Of a stretch of 64,000 nucleotides of DNA, positions 47,370 to 55,782 are shown piece by piece. The stretch covers positions 64,001 to 128,000 of the forward strand of contig CAVTHS010000003.1 in NCBI GenBank assembly GCA_963734535.1, written 5' to 3'. The notes under the pieces are model-generated. The model saw nothing but the letters and a program-made list of their open reading frames with translations. It did not search any database and was not told the DNA's origin. The stretch comes from an uncultured Chloroflexia bacterium (GTDB lineage: Bacteria; Chloroflexota; Limnocylindria; Limnocylindrales; CSP1-4). The translations under genes and the position numbers were made by a program. How positions within the stretch are numbered: the stretch's first letter is position 1; each line of letters starts with the position of its first letter.

Positions 47370-48206
47370 TCAGCCAACCCGCTTGAGCTTGCCGGTGCGC
47401 TTCGCGTAGTGCTCAGCGCGCCCGAAGAGCCAGAGCCCGGTCGGGATCAGGATGGCGCCCATGAGCGCGAGGGGCCACAGGTCGTGGACCACGGACGTCA
47501 CGGACGCGCCCTCCATCAATCCCTTGCGGACGCCATCGAGGATGTAGGTCGCCGGCGAGACCGCGGACGCGACCTGCATCCAGCCCGGCAGCACGCTGAC
47601 CGGGTAGTAGACGCCGCTCACCACGAGGAGGCAGGACTGGATGACGAACGTCATCTGGGCCCCGCGCTCCACGTACAGGAGGGGCAGGATCGCCGCCATG
47701 ATCCCGATCCCGACGACCGAGAACGAGCCGGCAAACATCACGACCGTCGCGGTGACGAAGTTGGCGTGCGACAGGTCCAGCTCGAAGAAGAGGGTCAGGA
47801 CGAGGAGGATGACGGAGGTGTGGACCAGGCCGTACAGGATCGCGTAGGTCGTGGACCCGGCGAGCTGGGAGGCGCGCCGGACCGGCGCCATCATCGTGTA
47901 CTCGAGGGTTCCCTCCCAGCGCTCCCAGCTGATCGTCTCGGCGATGAAGCTGAAGACGGTCGACAGGTAGTTCCAGAAGATCGCCCCGATCACGAGGCTG
48001 AAGATGAGCCGCTTGTCGGCCGCGGCGGCCCCGATGAACGAGATCGACAGGGCGCCCGCCACCGCATAGACGAGGAACGCGAGCTCCCAGCCCCAGTAGC
48101 GGCGGCTCAGGTTGAAGTTGCGCTCGATGAACGCGGCCGACGCGCTGAGCTCGCGTGCCGCGGTCGCCATCGGGCGACTGGCGATGGTCACTGGAGGATC
48201 TCCCAT
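47370..48206 (-). CDS. ABC-2 type exporter permease
   Basis: WERWEGTLEYTMMAP, SGVYYPVSVLPGW, SPATY and six TM segments. Confidence 0.92.
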   Translation of the reverse strand: MGDPPVTIASRPMATAARELSASAAFIERNFNLSRRYWGWELAFLVYAVAGALSISFIGAAAADKRLIFSLVIGAIFWNYLSTVFSFIAETISWERWEGTLEYTMMAPVRRASQLAGSTTYAILYGLVHTSVILLVLTLFFELDLSHANFVTATVVMFAGSFSVVGIGIMAAILPLLYVERGAQMTFVIQSCLLVVSGVYYPVSVLPGWMQVASAVSPATYILDGVRKGLMEGASVTSVVHDLWPLALMGAILIPTGLWLFGRAEHYAKRTGKLKRVG

Positions 48207-48234
48207 GGAGTGGGGGAGGCCGGCCGGCCCCGCA

Positions 48235-48459
48235 TCAGCGGGAGCCGGCCGGCGTCAGGTGCTCGATCGACCGCTCCGGCGTGGACGCCTCGGCGGCAAG
48301 CCGCTGGCCGGCGCGGACGAGCGAGTGGCCGAGCGCGCGGCGAAGGCGCCGCGTGTCGGTGCGCGCCGGACGCACCAGGCGTGCCCGGTGCGCTTCGGCG
48401 TGGAGCCGGGCAAGACGGTCGGCGTGGACCGCCTGCAGGATCTCGATCTGCGTGTTCAT
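48235..48459 (-). CDS. Small Arg-rich helical hypothetical protein (74 aa)
   Basis: GGGAGGT 7 nt before the ATG; motif RLARLHAEAHRARL..RRALGHSLVRAG shared with 9381-9641. Confidence 0.75.
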   Translation of the reverse strand: MNTQIEILQAVHADRLARLHAEAHRARLVRPARTDTRRLRRALGHSLVRAGQRLAAEASTPERSIEHLTPAGSR

Positions 48460-48542
48460 CGCGTGCACCTCCCGGTGTTCGTGGGGGGCGTGGACGGTGC
48501 GGGCCGGCGGCCGGCCGCGGCCGGAGCCGGGTGCGAAGATGC

Positions 48543-49466
48543 TCATTCGTCGTCCTCCGGGCCGTCGGGCTCGACGTCCTCGTCGAGGGAGCGGCCGGTA
48601 TAGGTCATGAAGACGTTGTCGAGGGTCGGCGCCAGCCCGGTCTCGCGGCCTACCCGGGCCTTGAGTCCGTCCGGCGTGTCCTCGGCGACGAGGCGTCCGC
48701 CGTCGAGGATGGCGATCCGGTCGCAGAGGCGGTCGGCCTCTGCCATGTCATGCGTCGTGAGGAGGATCGTGGCGTCGTGCGTCGCCCGGAGGTCCTCCAC
48801 GAAGGCCTGGACCTCGAGCTTCGAGCGCGGGTCGAGACCGGTGGTCGGCTCGTCGAGCAGGAGGAGCGTCGGCGAGGTCAGCAGCGCCCGCGCGATCGCG
48901 ACCTTCTGCTGCATGCCCCGGCTCATCTGCTCGATCGGGCTTCCCATGCGCTTCTCGGAGATGCCCAGGCGGGCGAGGATCCGGACCGCTTCCCGCCGGG
49001 CGTCCCCCGTATGGAGTCCGTACAGGCGGGCCGCGAACGCGAGGTTCTCGTATGGCGAGAGCTTCTTGAAGAACGCGGCGTCCACGCTCACCCGGTTGAT
49101 GAGCCGCTTGACCGCCATCTCGTCGCGCTCGACGTCGTGGCCGAACACCTCTGCCCGCCCGGTGTCGAGCGTGAGAAGCGTCGATACGAGCCGGATGAGC
49201 GTCGACTTGCCGCTTCCGTTGGCGCCGAGAACCCCGTAGATCTCGGCGCGCTCGACGCGCAGCGACACGTCCAGGATGGCCGCGACGGCCTTCTTCTTCC
49301 GGCCGAGCGTGAAGGTCTTCCCGACGTGCTCCAGGAGGAGCGCGGGCGGGCCGGCCGGCTGCGCGATGCGTTGCCTGGCTGCGGGGATCCGGGCCGGGGC
49401 CTCGACGTGCGCCGAGACGGGCGTGCGGACCGTGCTCTTCGGTTCCGGCGTGAGGGTGATGCTCAC
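48543..49466 (-). CDS. ABC exporter ATP-binding protein (DrrA-like)
   Basis: GANGSGKST, MSRGMQQK, LLLDEPTTGLD and TTHDM; GGGAG 8 nt before GTG 49466. Confidence 0.93.
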   Translation of the reverse strand: MSITLTPEPKSTVRTPVSAHVEAPARIPAARQRIAQPAGPPALLLEHVGKTFTLGRKKKAVAAILDVSLRVERAEIYGVLGANGSGKSTLIRLVSTLLTLDTGRAEVFGHDVERDEMAVKRLINRVSVDAAFFKKLSPYENLAFAARLYGLHTGDARREAVRILARLGISEKRMGSPIEQMSRGMQQKVAIARALLTSPTLLLLDEPTTGLDPRSKLEVQAFVEDLRATHDATILLTTHDMAEADRLCDRIAILDGGRLVAEDTPDGLKARVGRETGLAPTLDNVFMTYTGRSLDEDVEPDGPEDDE

Positions 49467-49626
49467 GGTGGTGGCTCCCGTTTCTCGTCTCGGTGAGGCG
49501 AACCCGATGCTCCCGGGCCCTTCGTGCGGTGCTCTCGAGACGAGAGAAGCCGCGAGCCCGACGTCTGTCCCTGCGTCGATGGCCCGCGGCTCCGGGTCGC
49601 CGCCCCGCGCCTGGCGCGGGGCAATG

Positions 49627-49661
49627 AAAAAGCCGCTGGGCCCTGATCCGGCCCGCGGCTT
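49627..49661 (-). terminator. Intrinsic terminator (attenuator) in the ABC operon leader
   Basis: Minus strand AAGCCGC-GGGCC-ggatcag-GGCCC-a-GCGGCTT-TTT. Confidence 0.8.
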
Positions 49662-49695
49662 CGGTTCCTGTCCTGGCGGCGCTACCGCCGCGTGA

Positions 49696-49791
49696 CTAGG
49701 CCGAGCTGGGCACAGATCGCCCGCAGAGCGCGCCAACCGGATCGGCGCAGTGCCGCTCCCGGGCGCTCACGAGGATGATCTGATTGCTCAT
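49696..49791 (-). CDS. Putative 31-aa leader peptide MSNQIILVSARERHCADPVGALCGRSVPSSA
   Basis: GAGAGGT 10 nt upstream; lies between the promoter and the terminator. An alternative 39-aa uORF spans 49801-49682. Confidence 0.55.
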   Translation of the reverse strand: MSNQIILVSARERHCADPVGALCGRSVPSSA

Positions 49792-49842
49792 TCGGTGACA
49801 TACCTCTCAACTGGCTGGCGCGGCTCTCCCGCGACTCGGCGG

Positions 49843-49872
49843 AGGCTACATCGGGCCCGCGGGCGCTGTCAA
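49843..49872 (-). promoter_or_regulatory. Sigma70-type promoter of the ABC/GNAT/rsgA operon
   Basis: TTGACA-N18-TAGCCT on the minus strand. Confidence 0.8.
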
Positions 49873-49978
49873 GCACCGATCTGCGGTTTGGGCCACGCGC
49901 CCGGGCGTATCGATTGACGGGGCCAAGGCCGGGCAGATAGGCTCGAATCTCCCACCCCACGTCGCCGAGAGGTCGCCC

Positions 49979-50680
49979 GTGCCGCCGCCCGTCCGCATCC
50001 CGCCGCTGCTTCGTCTCGTCGCCGAGGGCGTGCTCGACGCGGACCTCGCGGCGCTGGCGTGGCTCCTGCTGGAGGACGGCGTGCCGGTCCATGTCGCCGG
50101 CACCGGTGAGGAATCGCGCCAGGAGCTCCTGGATGCGCTCGTGGCCGGCCTGCCCGCCGGTCGGCGCCCGGACAAGGCGGCAGCGGCCGCGGGGGGGAGG
50201 CTGGTCCGGGTGGCGGGTACGCTCGCGATCTCCACGCCGGCGGGATTGCTCCGGGCTGCGCTGTCGGGAACAACCGGGCGGAGCGGGCTGGCAACGGCGA
50301 TCGCGGCGGCGGATCTCCCCGGGGTTCTCGCGGTCTTCCGCGACCAGGGCCTTTCCGACGACGAGATCTCCTTCCTCGGCGTCGTGCTCGTGCTGGGCCC
50401 CACCGCGGACCCCGGCAGCGGGATGCGGGGTCCCGGCGGCTGCGTCGTGGCGGCGCACTACCTCCGGCCCGTGGCCCGCGATGCCGGCGGCCACCTGCAG
50501 CGGCTGGGGCCCGCCGTCCTCGCGACCTGGGATGCCGAACGGGGCGCGTACGACCATTTCGAATGGGGGATCTACGCGGAGCTGGCGGCCCGCACCGGGC
50601 GTCGCGCCGGGGACCTGGAGCGCGAGCACCGTTCCCGCGCGCAGCGGCTCCGGCCGGACGTGTCGGCGGGCCCCGCCTGA
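49979..50680 (+). CDS. Hypothetical protein resembling a degenerate CpaF/VirB11-type ATPase fragment
   Basis: GVLDADLAALAWLLLE..VHVAGTGEESRQELLDAL sits where a Walker A would be, but GKT is absent. Confidence 0.55.
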   Translation: MPPPVRIPPLLRLVAEGVLDADLAALAWLLLEDGVPVHVAGTGEESRQELLDALVAGLPAGRRPDKAAAAAGGRLVRVAGTLAISTPAGLLRAALSGTTGRSGLATAIAAADLPGVLAVFRDQGLSDDEISFLGVVLVLGPTADPGSGMRGPGGCVVAAHYLRPVARDAGGHLQRLGPAVLATWDAERGAYDHFEWGIYAELAARTGRRAGDLEREHRSRAQRLRPDVSAGPA

Positions 50681-50785
50681 GGCCGATTCCGGCGATTCGG
50701 ACTACAATGAGCATCACACCGTGATCCCGGGCGCCCAGGGGGGCGTTGCCCGTGGCAATCCCGTTGCGTTCCACCGGGAGACCGC

Positions 50786-50983
50786 ATGACCAACCAGCGC
50801 CCATCCTCCACGAAGGTCGTGGACGAGCCGTTCAAGCACGTCATCGACGAGTACAAGCACAAGCTCCAGCGAGTGACGTGCACGTGCGGGTGGCAGGGCA
50901 GCAGCGCCTCGCCGGACGGCGTCAGCTCCGAGTGGAAGACCCACCACGTGAGCAATCGCCCGCCCGGCTCCTCGAAGCGCTGA
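50786..50983 (+). CDS. Small putative Zn-binding protein (65 aa)
   Basis: GGGAG ribosome-binding site, TACAAT at 50703-50708, and H..CTCGW..WKTH pattern. Confidence 0.7.
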   Translation: MTNQRPSSTKVVDEPFKHVIDEYKHKLQRVTCTCGWQGSSASPDGVSSEWKTHHVSNRPPGSSKR

Positions 50984-51213
50984 GTCATCGCGGGTCGCTC
51001 GGTCTCCCCTGCGCGCCCGATCCGGCGCGCACGCGCGATCGCCGTCCCGGCCCGGAGGCTCGCGACGCCCGACTCGCCGGTCCTCTCACTGGCCCTCGAT
51101 GCAGGACCGATGCTTCGTTCCCTGACGCCGGACGCCCTCGCGGCCGTGCGCGACGGGGTGCCCGTGGAGCTTGACCGGATCGTGGCCAGGAGCGCCGCCG
51201 AGGCGGGGATCGC

Positions 51214-51915
51214 ATGACGGCCGCCGGCGCGCATTCGACGCCGCGGCGCGAGGTCGACCTCTATCCGGCCGTGAAGGCGTTTCTCGAGGGCGAGGGGTTC
51301 GAGGTCAAGGGCGAGGTCCGCGGTTGTGACGTCGTCGGCGTGCGCCGCGACGAGCCGCCGGTGATCGTTGAGCTCAAGCTCCGCTTCACGCTGGGGCTCG
51401 TCCTGCAGGCGCTCGATCGCCTCCGCCTGTCCGAGACCGTCTACCTCGCCGTCCCGGCCGAAACGGTCCGGCGACGCGGGATTGGCCCGCTGTGCCGCCG
51501 GCTCGGGCTGGGCCTGCTGGCGATCCACGGCCCGCGGCTGCGCGTGGAGGTCATGGTCGAGCCAGGCCCGTACCGGCCGCAGCACGATGGCCGCCGGACG
51601 CGGCTGCTCATCTCAGAGCATGCTCGCCGGCGTGGCGACCCGACGCACGGGGGGGCGAACCGCGTTCCGATCATGACGGCGTATCGCCAGGAGGCACTCA
51701 GGATCGCGGCCTCCCTGCGGGCTGGGCCGGCCTCCGTCGCAGCGCTCCGCGAGGCCGCCTCGGCGCCGAATGCCGGCCGGATCCTTGCCCGGGACGCGTA
51801 CGGATGGTTCGAGCGGATCGAGCGAGGCTCCTACGGCCTTCGCGATGCAGGACGGGCCGCGGTCGCAGCGTCCGACAGCGACGACGCGCGAGCGGACGCC
51901 GTCGCCGGCGCCTGA
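51214..51915 (+). CDS. DUF2161-family putative PD-(D/E)XK-like protein
   Basis: EVDLYPAVKAFLE..EVKGEVRGCDVV..IVELK, RRRGDP..GG, IMTAYRQEAL and YGWFER..RG.Y. Confidence 0.85.
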   Translation: MTAAGAHSTPRREVDLYPAVKAFLEGEGFEVKGEVRGCDVVGVRRDEPPVIVELKLRFTLGLVLQALDRLRLSETVYLAVPAETVRRRGIGPLCRRLGLGLLAIHGPRLRVEVMVEPGPYRPQHDGRRTRLLISEHARRRGDPTHGGANRVPIMTAYRQEALRIAASLRAGPASVAALREAASAPNAGRILARDAYGWFERIERGSYGLRDAGRAAVAASDSDDARADAVAGA

Positions 51916-52110
51916 GACGCGGCTGGCTGATGGCGCCGTCGCTTCGGCCCCAGAGGAGGGGCCGCCCGGCCGGGGAGGGGGTCCGCGCGGCGTCGTACCA
52001 TGGTCCGGCGCGCAGGTGCCATCGGCGTTTGCCCGGTGCTGCCGCGGCGTCTCAGCAATCGCACACCGCGCGGCGAGCCCGCCGCCCGTCCGCGCCAGGA
52101 GGACTCGCCC

Positions 52111-53511
52111 ATGGCCACCGTCGCCGAAACCGTTCCGCAGCTCGTTGCGCTCCTCGAGGGGGCCGCCCGGGTCGCGCGTGGCCGGTTGCTGGTCACCGAC
52201 GAGAACGTGTTTCGAGCCCGAACGATCCACGATCTGGCCTGGACCCAGACGTTCTCGGCGGACGCGGCGACGGTCGAGGCCGCTCGCTGGATGATCTGGG
52301 AGGCGAGCCAGGAGCTCGGCTCGCCGTCGGCGAGCATCCATGAGCTCTATGCCGCCCGGAGCCGCGGCGAGGTCTCCGGGTTCACCGTGCCGGCCATCAA
52401 CCTCCGGGCACAGACCTTCGACATGGCCCGCACGATCTTCGCCACCGCCATGGCAAAGGACGTCGGCCCGGTCATCCCCGAGCTCGCGCGCTCCGAGCAG
52501 ACCTACACCTGGCAGCGAGTCTCCGAGTACGCGCCGAACATCCTGGCCGGCGCCATTGCGGCCGGATGGCGGGGTCCCGTCTTCATCCAGGGGGACCATT
52601 ACCAGTTCAATGCCAAGAAGTACGCGGCCGACCCCGAGGCGGTGACGGAGGAGATCCGGAAGGCCTGTCGCGACGCGGTGGCCGCCGGCTACCTCAACAT
52701 CGACGTGGACAGCTCGACGCTCGTCGACCTCACCCAGCCGGACGTGGATGCCGAGCAGAAGGTCAACTACACCCGGGCGGCCGAGATCACCGCGCTCATC
52801 CGCGACCTGGAGCCGGCCGGCGTGACGATCAGCGTCGGGGGCGAGATCGGCGAGGTCGGCAAGCAGAACTCCAACGAGGCCGAGCTGCGCGCTTACCTCG
52901 ACGGGTTCCGTATCGAACTCGACGCACGCCGCCCGGGCGCAACGGGCGTCAGCAAGGTGAGCGTCCAGACTGGCACCAGCCATGGCGGCGTGCCGCTCCC
53001 CGGCGGCGGCGTGGCCGAGGTCAAGCTGGACTTCGAGGTGCTCCGCGTGCTCGGCGAGGTGGCCCGCACGTACGGGGCGGCCGGTGCCGTGCAGCACGGG
53101 GCGAGCACGCTTCCCGACGAGCTGTTCCACCGCTTCGCCGGCGTCGAGACCGCCGAGATCCACCTCGCGACGGGCTTCCAGAACGCCCTCTACGAGCACC
53201 CGGCGTTCCCGGCCGCGCTCCATCGCGAGATCGAGGCGTGGTGCTTCGCCAACGCGGCGGACGAGCGCAAGCCCGGGATGACCGACACGCAGTTCGTCTA
53301 CACCACCCGCAAGAAGGCGATCGGCCCGTTCAAGCGGCAGCTCTGGGAGCTCGCCACGAAGGACGAGATCCTCGCCTCGCAGGGGGCCAAGATCGCGTTC
53401 CTGTTCGACCAGCTGAAGATGGACGGCACGGCCGGCCTGCTCCGTTTCGTCTCGACGCCAGCCTGGCATCGGCCGATGCCCGAGACCCTCGGCGTGGCGG
53501 TCGCCGGCTGA
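52111..53511 (+). CDS. Class II fructose-bisphosphate aldolase (long type)
   Basis: FTVPAINLR, QGDH, GGEIGEVG, VQTGTSHGG and VQHGASTLP; AGGAGG ribosome-binding site. Confidence 0.88.
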   Translation: MATVAETVPQLVALLEGAARVARGRLLVTDENVFRARTIHDLAWTQTFSADAATVEAARWMIWEASQELGSPSASIHELYAARSRGEVSGFTVPAINLRAQTFDMARTIFATAMAKDVGPVIPELARSEQTYTWQRVSEYAPNILAGAIAAGWRGPVFIQGDHYQFNAKKYAADPEAVTEEIRKACRDAVAAGYLNIDVDSSTLVDLTQPDVDAEQKVNYTRAAEITALIRDLEPAGVTISVGGEIGEVGKQNSNEAELRAYLDGFRIELDARRPGATGVSKVSVQTGTSHGGVPLPGGGVAEVKLDFEVLRVLGEVARTYGAAGAVQHGASTLPDELFHRFAGVETAEIHLATGFQNALYEHPAFPAALHREIEAWCFANAADERKPGMTDTQFVYTTRKKAIGPFKRQLWELATKDEILASQGAKIAFLFDQLKMDGTAGLLRFVSTPAWHRPMPETLGVAVAG

Positions 53512-53532
53512 CGGCGCTTCGTCGAGGTCAAC

Positions 53533-53560
53533 GGCCCGGGTCGGCTCGCCGGCCCGGGCC
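53533..53560. terminator. GC hairpin between convergent genes
   Basis: GGCCCGGG-TCGG-CTCG-CCGG-CCCGGGCC. Confidence 0.55.
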
Positions 53561-53651
53561 GGTCCATGTCCGGCTCAGGCGAGCTCCCGGCGCACGACGA
53601 CGCGGCTCGCGCCGGGGCCTGCCCCTGGGCTGGCTGGCCGTCTGCGTGGGG

Positions 53652-54203
53652 TCACGTGCTCGATCCTCCGGTTGCGGACAACGCCGCCGGGTCGGACGCG
53701 GTCGGCCTGGGTCCTTGCAGGAAGACCAGGAGGAGCAGGGTGAGCGCTCCCATGAACAGGCCGAGCCCGACGGCCGTGAGGTAGAGCGCCGGCTCCTGGT
53801 CCGGGAACAGGCCGAGCACGACGAGGACCAGCGCGGCGATCATGGGGATCATGAGACCCAGGTAGGAAGCCGCCACCCCCACGGTCTGCGCCCGCGAATA
53901 GGCCGCCCCGAGCTCCCGCGACTCCGTCGTCCGCTCGTTCACGATCCACTGGCCGAGGAGGAGGACGAGCGCCAGGAGACTGCACGTCAGCCATAGCCCG
54001 TGACCGGCCAGGTCGTAGCGGCTGCCGATGACCGGCGCCAGGGCGGCGATCACCACCCAGATCGCGAGCGTCACCACGCTGCGGATGTACGTGATCTCGT
54101 GCGCATCGCTCGCGCCGCTGCTCCTGACGCTGATGAGCGCCCCGAACCCGACGAACACGCCGGCGATCTCGGCCAGCGATAGCAACAGATCGGTGTCCTG
54201 CAT
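53652..54203 (-). CDS. Hypothetical membrane protein (about 5 TM helices)
   Basis: AGGAGGT ribosome-binding site; LLSLAEIAGVFVGFGALI and further hydrophobic helices. Confidence 0.8.
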   Translation of the reverse strand: MQDTDLLLSLAEIAGVFVGFGALISVRSSGASDAHEITYIRSVVTLAIWVVIAALAPVIGSRYDLAGHGLWLTCSLLALVLLLGQWIVNERTTESRELGAAYSRAQTVGVAASYLGLMIPMIAALVLVVLGLFPDQEPALYLTAVGLGLFMGALTLLLLVFLQGPRPTASDPAALSATGGSST

Positions 54204-54320
54204 GTCCCGCCACCTCCTGCACACGCGTGATCGGGGTCAGGATGGGCGCAACGTGGCAGGCCGTCGAGAGGCGCGCGACCTGGCGATCTGGCGGGCACCG
54301 GCCCGAGACGACGCTCTGCC

Positions 54321-54509
54321 TCAGCGACGCCCGACGATGGCCGCCTCGCCAAGGAGGCCGACGATGACGCCCACGCCCGCCCCGAAGACGAGGCCCAGCG
54401 CGATCTCCTGAGCGAGCAGGAGCGCCGCAATGATCCCGAGGCCGCCACCGATCCCGGCGCCCATGCCGATGCCGACACCTCGCGGTGCGGGTCGCTGCTC
54501 TGAACTCAC
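54321..54509 (-). CDS. Small glycine-zipper membrane protein (62 aa)
   Basis: GGAGGT 5 nt before GTG; GIGMGAGIGGGLG and GLVFGAGVGVIVG (GxxxG arrays). Confidence 0.7.
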   Translation of the reverse strand: MSSEQRPAPRGVGIGMGAGIGGGLGIIAALLLAQEIALGLVFGAGVGVIVGLLGEAAIVGRR

Positions 54510-54630
54510 GTCAGACCTCCGCGTGCTGGACGCCACGATCAGCATACGGTGTCCGTGTGACGGTCGCGTGGTAGTCACCGTCGCCAGTGCGGCGGCGCGG
54601 GCGCGGCTTGGAGCCAGTGCCGTGCGTGCC

Positions 54631-54720
54631 GGCCGCGCAGATCAGCGGCGCGCCGGCGAGATCCGCACGGATCAGGTCTGCGCCGTCTCGATCAGGTGGC
54701 GCCCAGGGCGGAACATCCGG
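54631..54720 (-). pseudogene. Possible pentapeptide-repeat gene remnant
   Basis: One minus frame reads PDVPPWAPPDRDGADLIRADLAGAPLICAA (A-D-L-x-x periodicity), with no clear start. Confidence 0.3.
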
Positions 54721-54900
54721 CCCCCATCGGCCGGCGGGATGACCGGCGTACGACAGTCACGCCTCGATCCCCGTTCTCGCCTGGCTCGCCCATGCCATAT
54801 CCTCGCATGACGATCTCGACCTGGTGGATGCCGGGTCATCGAGGGTGGAGGGCCGGTGTCACGCCGGCGGCTCCGTGGATGCGTCTGCGCCGGAGGACCG

Positions 54901-55758
54901 ATGAGCGACGTTCAGGGACCGGCCCCCGGCTTCGGTGCCGCCTGGTCGGCGTCCCGCCGGCGGGTGCCGGATGCCGACCTCCGCGCCTGGCTGGAGCTCG
55001 GCCTGTCCGCCTGCGACGCGGCCGACGAGATCGCCCTGCGCTGGTTCCGCCGCGAGGTCCCGATCTCCACGAAGCCGGACCGCACGTTCGTGACGGAGGC
55101 AGACCAGGCGATCGAACGCTTCGTGCGCGAGCGCATCCGGGCGGCGCATCCCGACCACGGGCTGGTGGGGGAGGAATACGGCGAGGAGGCGGCCGGGGCG
55201 CGGATCCGCTGGTATGTCGACCCGATCGACGGCACCCACAACTTCATCCGCGGCGTGCCCCTGTTCGGGACGCTCCTGGCCGTGGAGGTGGACGGCGAGC
55301 TCCAGGTGGGGATCATGAGCGCGCCCGCGCTCGGCGAGCGCTGGCAGGCAGCGCGCGGCATGGGTGCCTGGGCGATCGGGCGCGACGGTGCGGCCCGCCC
55401 GATCAGGACGTCCGACATCGGGCGAATCGACGACGCCCAGCTGCTGTATGGGAGCCGGCGGGAGAACGTCGGGTCCGGCCTGATGCCGGGTTTCGACGCG
55501 ACGATCGACGCTGCGTGGCGCGATCGAGGCTTCGGCGACTTCTGGGCCTACGCGCTGGTTGCGGAGGGCTCGGCCGAGGCGATGATCGAGTGCGGGATGC
55601 ACACCTGGGATGTCGCGGCGCCGCTCGTGCTGATCGAGGAGGCGGGTGGGCGCGTCACCGACGTCACGGGAGCGCGGCGAATCGACGCGCCGTCGTTCGT
55701 GGGCTCCAACGGCCACCTCCACGACGAGCTGCTGCGGCGCCTGGCAACCGCCCCCTGA
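54901..55758 (+). CDS. hisN: Histidinol-phosphatase, inositol monophosphatase family
   Basis: KPDRTFVTEAD, GEEYG, DPIDGTHNFIRGVP, RGFGDFW and WDVAA; GGAGG ribosome-binding site. Confidence 0.85.
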   Translation: MSDVQGPAPGFGAAWSASRRRVPDADLRAWLELGLSACDAADEIALRWFRREVPISTKPDRTFVTEADQAIERFVRERIRAAHPDHGLVGEEYGEEAAGARIRWYVDPIDGTHNFIRGVPLFGTLLAVEVDGELQVGIMSAPALGERWQAARGMGAWAIGRDGAARPIRTSDIGRIDDAQLLYGSRRENVGSGLMPGFDATIDAAWRDRGFGDFWAYALVAEGSAEAMIECGMHTWDVAAPLVLIEEAGGRVTDVTGARRIDAPSFVGSNGHLHDELLRRLATAP

Positions 55759-55782
55759 CGGGCACGAACCGCGACGTCCCGC

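Noticed and set aside
51214-51915. DUF2161 nuclease-like gene as a defence system
   Set aside because: It stands alone, with no methylase, ATPase or other defence partners nearby.
54807-54880. MTISTWW.. as a tryptophan attenuator peptide
   Set aside because: The frame has no early stop (it runs to 55868), no terminator follows, and the downstream gene is hisN. Kept only as a structured-leader observation.
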